DNA from: Convolutriloba macropyga
Lineage: Eukaryota
Assembly (NCBI RefSeq): GCF_964194025.1
Contig: NC_134474.1
Span: forward strand, 73,346,001 to 73,410,000
Length of the DNA stretch: 64,000 nt
Reading direction: 5' to 3'
A program made the translations under genes and the position numbers. Below, piece by piece: positions 50,501-59,500 of the stretch (its first letter is position 1; each line of letters starts with the position of its first letter). The notes beneath the pieces were generated by a model, which was given only the letters and a program-made list of their open reading frames with translations, was not told the DNA's origin and did not search any database.

Positions 50501-53500
50501 GAGGGTAAAATTGTTTGACCTTTTCAAGGGTCAAAGATTCAAGACGACTGAAGGTCAACATGCGGCAGCCACTCTCATTCAGAGTCTGTGGAGAATGCAT
50601 GTTAAAAGAAGTGCATATCTACACTACAGGTAAGCAAAAAATCCAGAACATTATATGCTTCATTAAATAATGAATTGATGATTATCATATCATATTGTTT
50701 CCGAAACTTTAAATACTATTCTATTGTATTTTCCCAACGTGCTTGCTGTAATTGAGTAAAATATGCGTCCAATCATGAACGTTTTTTGTAAACTAATCCC
50801 CATTTTCAAGGCGTTTTCGAAACTTCCGGTATTTTTTGGCATTGAAAAACGGTTCTATCAATTTTTGAGAGTTGCTCAAAATTGTAAATTACAGAATATC
50901 GTTTTTCAGAAGTTATAGAAGACTGTCATTTCTATCATTTATTCATAATTTATTCAGTGCGTTGTAAGTCTTTGTATGTATAGAGTTGTTATTGTTTATA
51001 GAAAGCAGAAATGGGCGGCTGGCATGATAGCAATTTCCTGGATTATGAATGCGAAACTGTCCAAGATCAGGAAGCAACTGGTCAGCACAAACCGATCCCT
51101 TATTGACTCCTATAGACTCAGGATGAAGGTATATATCACTGAATACAATCTCAACAAATTCTTCTGATCATCATTTGTTCATGATCTTTACACGCACCTT
51201 TTAAAAAGCAATGCGATTTAAAGTCTTCCATAAAGTTGCAACGCAAGCTAATGTTTCAAAACTTATAAAAAGAGAGTTTGATGGCTAAAGTTCAGATTAA
51301 AAACACGTGAAAAAAAAAAATGGGATGATAATTAGCAAAGTAGATTAAGTTGGGACAGGAAAAAGAGCATTTTGATGTTCATTTGCATGTCGGGAACTTT
51401 TCGAAAGTTCGCTTGAGTTGTAACTTTAATTACTTATTAAACTATACAAGTGTGACCCAAAAATAATAAATGGCAATTTATGGTATTACAGGTTTTGAAA
51501 TCTCAGTTTTCAGGCCTATAGGCCCTTGTCGGCTCTAAATTAACCAATTTAATATTTGCAGCGTTTCCATTAAAGAGTCAAACGTTGTTGAAAAACGAAG
51601 TCAAAACACACAGACAGACTTCGACCAATGATGTCATTTATTGATAGCATTTTGAATTTTTCAGTTGTTGGCTGCAACTTGGGATGGCATGAAAGAGAGT
51701 GAACGAACAATTATTCACATTCCGTCACTAGGTTAGCAAACATCTGATTACTACTGACTGTACCATACTAACCATCATCAGGATTCCTTAGCACGAGGCT
51801 GGGAGGCTTATTTGTCGTCCTCTTGTGCCTACTTTTCATCAAATACTTGTAAGAATGACATGAGCCAATTCTTACTCTGATTAGGACGATGTTGATCTCC
51901 ACTTTATTTGTTTACAGGTAAAAGTAGAGGGTATCGGAAATACGATTCAAACAATCGAATGATCTAATCGACAATTAGATGCATTGACAATCATCGTATT
52001 TACAAAAACTTCAGACTAAGGCGGTCAACAAAACCCAAGACCGTATACATGAAATTGAGCACGTAATCTGAAAGCAATTAAAATTTCTTTTTCCGTGCTT
52101 TCTTTCATTTTCTTTTTCATTTTTTTAAGAAGCACCAATAATATCAAAATTTTTTAATAAAAAATATTTAGAATACGCTTACTTAGAATGGGTACATACA
52201 ACCACCGTGTGCGAATCATTGACTGACAAACCAAAAGGAGGCCAAAAGTGAAGAAAATGACAGAAGAGAAGTTCTTTGAAATTTAGCGGCGTCAAAGTGC
52301 AAAAACCACAAAACTACCTGCCAAATCTTTAACCACACCATACACCAGAAACTAATACGTTATAAAATACCCATTAGCAGCTGTATTAAATGAAGGAGGC
52401 ATAAAAAAACTTTAAATGAAGGCAAGATTGACATATTCATTTTAACGTTTTATAAACAAAGAGCATCTCACTTAAAAAAATGCAAGAAAAATAAATTTTT
52501 GGGAAGAAAGTGTCAAAATCATAAAAGAAATTGTTTTTAGAACCAAGCGACTAATAAGGTTCATCTTTTCCTTTTCGACAATCGATGCCAGCTGCCATTA
52601 GTCAGATTAAGTGGTAAGACAGCCAAAGGAACAACAAAAACTCAATAACTCAAAATCTTTGTAGACAAATGATATCAAAGTTATGAAATTCAATTGCGAT
52701 GAACTCGTAAAATGGTTAGATTCATTACTAACCATTGAGACACGTCAAAAATGATAATCTTACAAGACAAGAGAATTGATTTGTTATAAAAAAAAACAAA
52801 ACAATTATTGTTAAAGTTCTAGAAGGCCTTAAAAAGCATTGAAACAATTAATTTGAATAACTTAGCCCCATTGCAGACCTATGTTTCCTGCCATCAATTA
52901 GATCTATGATTCCTGAGATTAAATGATAACTCAGCAAAAGTACAACAAACTATTGCAAATTCAAAAATTAAATAAAAATTTTTGCAAACAGTTCGTGAAA
53001 AGCATTAGTTATGAAGTTAAGACATTTTTTAGGCTCATTTACAATTCACTGTTAGCAAAAGAGGCCTGTCAATAATGAAAAAAACGAGGATTAAAAAATA
53101 AGTAAAATATGTTCGCGAATATTTCAAAACAAAAAATGGGGAAATCTGGAGATGCATTTGCTGCCATATAGGAATACATGCAAATGCAGTTGGGCGCAGT
53201 TAGAACATAAATTGATCATACCAATAGCACTCAGTAGATGAAACACTAAAAACAGAAGTCAATATGATGCACGTAAATAATTCTTCTCAAAAATTGAATT
53301 CTTCTGATTTTTGCTTATTTTAATTTTCCAGCGTGATTAATATAACCATATAATTTGAATTCCCATTGGCGTGAGAAAACAAAAAAGTGAACCGGTCTTG
53401 ACAGGGCACCAATGCAATCCAAATCCTATGGATCGTAATAATTCAGAGAATTAAACCATATATATAATCTTATCTCAAATGCACAACATTGCACGAGTAG

Positions 53501-56500
53501 TTGTTCCACCAATGGTAAGCAGTAACTGGATCACTCGGGCTTCTTTTCAGTGGAAACAAATAGTTTCTTTCCATTAAAATTTCTACTGCAATTATATTCT
53601 CATGTTATTATCAATTTCATCGATGTTTCTCCCAAAATCCTTCTTACACAGAACAAAGATTTAACTAAGATAATGACATGCACATCAAATAAGCGAAAGT
53701 AGAACCCCAATCGAAATCTAAAAGATTGATATTGGAATACTAGATCATATTTTCATTGGAAAAAAATACTAAAAACTAACGGAAATAGCTTGCAAGCCGC
53801 TTTTTAGTAATTAACCGCTGATAATTAAAAAAAACAATTTTTCATTAAATATTAACAGCACATTCTTACCAGAAAAAATACCAGAAAAAAAACATTGAAT
53901 ACAATAGCCCATTTTATTGCACGACCCGAAAGTTTAATGTTAAGTAAGAGCTGCTAGAGAATTCTTAATAGAAGTTTAGAAATCTATTGGACATACAGGA
54001 GAATCATTAGGTTCTCCAAAACTCTATTGAAGAATTTATCGGTAAAATAGTCAATATGAAAATTGATTATTGTGTATAAATATTTTGTTAGCTTGAAGAA
54101 GTCGAAAGCGATGTAGAAGTTTTTAATAATTCACTATGTGTATACTGTCAAAAAAATCAATAATACCAAACAACATTTTTTGCTCAATCTGTCAGCGAAC
54201 CAAACCAAATGTCAGAAATTCTGTTGCGACTGTTCTATATTCCAGGTATTGCATAGATCACTGATTTCCACGTTGTACCTCAAACTTTGTCAGCAGAAAG
54301 AACAATTATTTGGCTAGATTTGTTTCTGCTTATCGGTAATTAGAAATTAAGTAAGAGAATCTACCTCTTATCACTGATTAAACCACATTTGTAAATTTTC
54401 ATTTTCATCAACTTAAACTTGTATAACAGCGTGTTCTGAACAAACCTATCCTTTTCGCGGAACAATATTAGCCTTGCCAAGTACATAGTCAACGTACATT
54501 CAGTTTTAAAAACCACAACAAGGCGGCACGGTAATGTGCGATGGCACATAAGGTTCCGACCCCGCCCATTCACAATTTTGGCATAATTGTCTTCCAATTG
54601 AGGAACAGATAGAAAAACCCAAAACTTATTTTTTTGGAATCCCAAAAAACCCAAAAAAGACCAAGTTTTTTTTCAAAAAACTGTGTATGAACGATAAGAT
54701 AGCCTCCAAAGCAAATAACTTAACGAACTAAAAATTGAAGCGTTAGATTGCTGTGATATGCCGATTTTAAGAAAACTACTCAAGTTGAACAGCAAAATCA
54801 AACAACAACAACAACAACAAACATTATTACATCAAAAACTTTATGTCCGTTTTAAAAAAACAAAAATTAATAACAAAGTCAACACACCGTCAGATAAACC
54901 TAAAACAAAACAAAATAACTTGTAAATCACCAGAAACAATATGGACCAGTCCATAAAAAGTTTTGGTAACAATTAGACAAAAAAGATCAAAAACAGTAAA
55001 GTTAAAAAATTCGCTTATTTTTTTAAAACAATTAATTTCAAATTAATGAAAACCTTTAGAAAACAAGCAAAATATCCCAGAGTGGTACGACTAACAATTT
55101 TTCTATAGAAGGGCATTAGGACCTGTCCTTATTCATTATTTTGAGCGGCTAAAAAGAACAACAAAAAACAACAAACAAAAATTCAATTGAAACTTGCAAG
55201 AAAACGCTGTCAAAACCGTCAAGCCATATTTTGGCCCTCAAAATATTTTCAATTGCACCTTTTTCAAACACTGATATTGTAGCTTATGGCCATTTTTTTT
55301 TTTTGAATATGTAGCAAGTAGACAAAAAGGAGAAAAGAACAAAATTATGTAAAAATGTGATTTTTTTCGAAACAAAGTTATATCCAAAAACATGGTAATG
55401 TTTTTGGATATAAATTATCCGAAACAAAGTCAATCCAAAAAAATATCCGAAATAAAGTCATGAAAAACATTAATTGCAAATTGAAATATTTATATAAGCC
55501 TCTGAGACCTGCAATTATCCATAACATGTCTTGCGTCTACAAAAAGAACTTCAAATATTACAAAAATCAAATTAATTTACATTTTGTGAAAAACCGGTGT
55601 CGAAGTCATTAAGGTCATACCGAATTCTTTGTCATATTTGTCCTGTAATTAACGAGATTATGTAACAAAAAGTAAAATAAGAAGTACAGACTTGAGAAAT
55701 TAAAAAGTTTTTTTTTTTAGTTTTGGAAAACGATTGTTTTCAAAGTCATGAAAGCCATCAGCTATCTACTATTATCAGAATATCAGCTCATCTATTTTTC
55801 CGTGAAAAGCCAGTGCAAGCTATCACTCTACAGGAAAATTCATACAATCGAAACTACAAAGTAAAAATGAGTTAAAGACAAAATTAAAAAAATCAATTAA
55901 TGTCCTCAAGAAAGAAGTGTCGAGGCCATTAAAACGATATTCTATATTTTTCAGGATTTTTTGATATGTTCAATTGTGTTTTTAATTGAACGCTAGTAAT
56001 GTGATATGAGAACTGTCAATAATGTGATAATGTGACTAAAAAAACCTGAAAACTGTCAAAAATCTGAAAACAAAAAAAAATCTGAAATCTAGTAGTATCA
56101 ATGCCAGAAAACAATAACCTCAGGCTTAAAACCGCAAAAGAGACTAAACTTTAAATGAGCAGAATGAAGAAGTATTCTTTCTTTGCTGACACTAAGCTAC
56201 AAGTTGACCAAATTAAGAAAAAAATAGAGCAAAATTTCATTAAGCCATTATTTATTTAAAAATCAATTATTTTTAAGAGTCGAAACGATCATAAAATTTC
56301 AAGTAGGAAACTAAATGCTGAGGAAACCAATTGGACCTATCACTCCTGAGCTCTGATCTGATATGTTCTGTTCTTTATTATTAAAAAAGTCTTTTTTCAA
56401 AAAAAAAGACCGAATGATTACAATCCGAATTTTTTTTTGGACTGTAACAGTCAAGATTGGCACAAAAGTAGCCCTGCTAATGCTTACTGTCCGTCAGGAA

Positions 56501-59500
56501 CAATTAATTTTTCGGCTTTTGTAGATATAGATAATTTGTTAGTTGAAAACTCAAAAGTAAATTCTGCATTTTGATATTCAACGAGTAAAGTTAGCAAAAA
56601 GCGGCAAAGTTTCCATTACAGATCACTCTCAGCGGAAGTTGAAGTAACACTATCCCCTTCGGATTCTACAAAAGTTGAATTAGTGTTGTTTGGGGGTTTA
56701 CTGCAGGCAAAGTCAATCAAAGTGGACTAAATCAGCCTATTTTGTGCTGTTTTTGATTAAAAAGGCTGAATTTTGAAATATGAGTTTTTGACAAAAAAAA
56801 ATAAATCAGAATAATCAACATTGCTTTTTTGTCTTTAAAAGTAAAATCAATGACAATATTCTTAAAAATTTTCATAAGTTTAAGCAAAATTAACGAAATT
56901 TTGGGCAAAAATTCCGGAAAATGTGAACATAAACAGCGGATCAAATCTTTTTAATTCTTTATTCTACGCCTAACGAGCTTTCTAATGATACCAGTTTCAA
57001 CTCTCTACGATGAATATATCGATCGGCGAAAATTGTTTGATCAAAGAAAACCCATTTGAGTATATAGTTCCTTCCCCCTTCAAGAGGGGTCGGAACAATT
57101 AGCAAACTTCTACGGAATATTTTTTCATGCTCCTATGGCATGTATCAGTCTGTCTTTACACTTATTATCAAAACTGTTCACCAATCTGTGCAAAACAGTG
57201 CAAAAAAGAAACAATTTTATCATAACACGACTTATTCGAAGGATTTTTCGAAAAAATGAATAGGTTCTTTGAAAGTATGTCAATTCCAGTTTTTATGTGC
57301 TTTTTAGTTGATAAAGAATGCATTTTACACGAAATTTAAACGTTGATTCCTATTGGGTAAGAACGATGACGCAGTTTGTTATACGTTTTGCTTGCATTTT
57401 TCACTTAATAACATGCTCTGGCTCAGAGCAAGACGTTGGCAGAATGGTTACTACATTTACAAGTGGGCGGGGTCTGGCAGGCGTATACATGATGTCTGAG
57501 CGTTCGAGGTTGTCAGAACCGTAGTTTATTTTATTGATTCAAGTTGTAGGGAAATAAATTCTAGGGTTGTTCTGTTGAAATACCCAACGCAAGCGACCGG
57601 TCGTAAGTTGTTAGTCGGCAATTTTTAGTCAGTACAATGTCGGCTCAACACCGGGCGCAGTTATGCGCTAGCTCGATCGATGATCAAACTCGTCTAGCAA
57701 CAGTAGATAGGGTATTGTTGGATTCATTGACCAGTAATTAAATCTGGTCAAATGTGCCCTGTTCGGATGAATAGTCGCTTACGGGCGTTAAATAGCGTGC
57801 GTTAAGAAATTTCTGAATCAGTTAATAGTGTTTTTTAACTGAATTAGTTTTTTCACTACAGTTTTAATCCGTGTTATCACTTCTTTCTTCTTTTAAAGGT
57901 CACAGTGCTCGAGTGAGGTACAATTTGGACGACATTTCCCTTGAGCAGAACAGACAGATGGGCAGGTTGTGTGACCTGAGTGACCCCAATGTCAAAATCA
58001 TATACATATCACCTGTACCTGTAAGCACACAATTTTCACTCTTTTTATTGGTTGTCAGGCATTCATATGGTAGTCAGGCATTTGGTTAAGACCTGGTTTA
58101 TTTTGGCTATAAATCATTTTAATATGGATGTCTTCTGCGAAGAGAGATTAAAAAGTTATCAGAGAAAATATTTTGAAAAACGGTTTAAATTTGAATTTGT
58201 GCTTTTGCTTAGCTACGAAAAAGAAAATTATTATTTGTTAGTATTTCTTGAAAACTGCTCTGATTAACTGTAAGAATTGCACTAGGCGCCTCGTCTTTGT
58301 GAAAAGATGCTTCGGTACTTGAAAAACGTTTAAGAAGATTTACAAAAATCGAAAAATGATTGAAATTATGAACGACTGACATTTTCTTTAGTTTGATATA
58401 AATTTCTGTATAAACATCTCCCAAAATTCAATTTTCCTTGACAAAATAAAATTTTTAAAAATCAATAACTATTGTTAAATATATCTAAAGAGTTACACTC
58501 TTGTGTTGCTTGCATCATCGAAAAAACTCTATTTTAATTGTTTCTGGTGTTTATCACATTAGTCATTGCTAGAGCTGTAGGAGAACTATTGGATATTTTA
58601 AATAGTTTTATAGTTTTGTGTTAACAAGATGCAAATATAATGAGTATTTTCTTTAACAACTACTAACACAGTGACTGCTGAAATATTTTAAAACTCTTTT
58701 ACAAAACCAAAACAAATATCAAAACATTTGATTTGAAAACGAAAAACTGATCACTAATCCTTCGTTAAAATAATTTAAAATTTGGCTGATTTTGTCGGAA
58801 TATTAACATAAAGGAACAGCTGTGCAAGATTGAAGCAGGTACAAGTTACGACAACCGCTTCAGAATTTCGTGAATGACCACTAACGGTTGGTCCCAACTC
58901 GGGTCGCAGCTCAAATACAACACGTGTATTCACAGCTCGATTCTGGGTGTTTGAGCCCGATTCTACAACTCAGGTGTGATATGGACTGGCAATAGAAATG
59001 CCCTGAATAGGACTGGCGCGCGACTCCGGGAGTTCAGTTTGCAGCTCATGAATTGTTTAAAACTGGCAAAAACCCAAACTTTTTATCGATTTTATCAAAA
59101 ACTGCAAATTTGAATGAATATTTCAGCTCATGTACTCTATTAAATTGGAACTTTGTGTAGTTCAGACAACGTTTTTCCTTATACAAGAAACAGGCTGTAC
59201 GTCTTACTGCGCAGACAAACAATTGTCTGAATTTTAGGCTGTCCAGATAAAAATCAGTGCATGAGTCATTAAAATTTCATTCTGTGCAGACCAAACCCAG
59301 TTTATTTTTCAGTCTGAGAAGAAAAACACCAGAAACATTTTCTGAAATTTAATATTATTAAACTATAAAATGACTTGTCCAGAAATCTTGATACATTTAC
59401 TGAGTCCGTGCTGAATTTTACTTCGGGTTAACTCCGGGAGGTTCTTTTATATTCACATATGGACTAAGAGGACAAAAAATGTTTTTAGTTTCCACGTCAA

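Noticed and set aside
51900-53300. Protein-like A-rich stretch, possibly an old transposase
   Set aside because: Frequent stops in the frame I translated, no ORF in the track and no recognisable motif.
57575-57670. U4 snRNA-like (ATACCC..GTCGGCAATTTTT), 7SL-like (CCGGGCGCAGT) and pistol-like (CGTTAAATAG..TTAAG at about 57786) words
   Set aside because: Only isolated short matches; the U6-pairing region, the SRP Alu domain and the pistol pseudoknot are absent.
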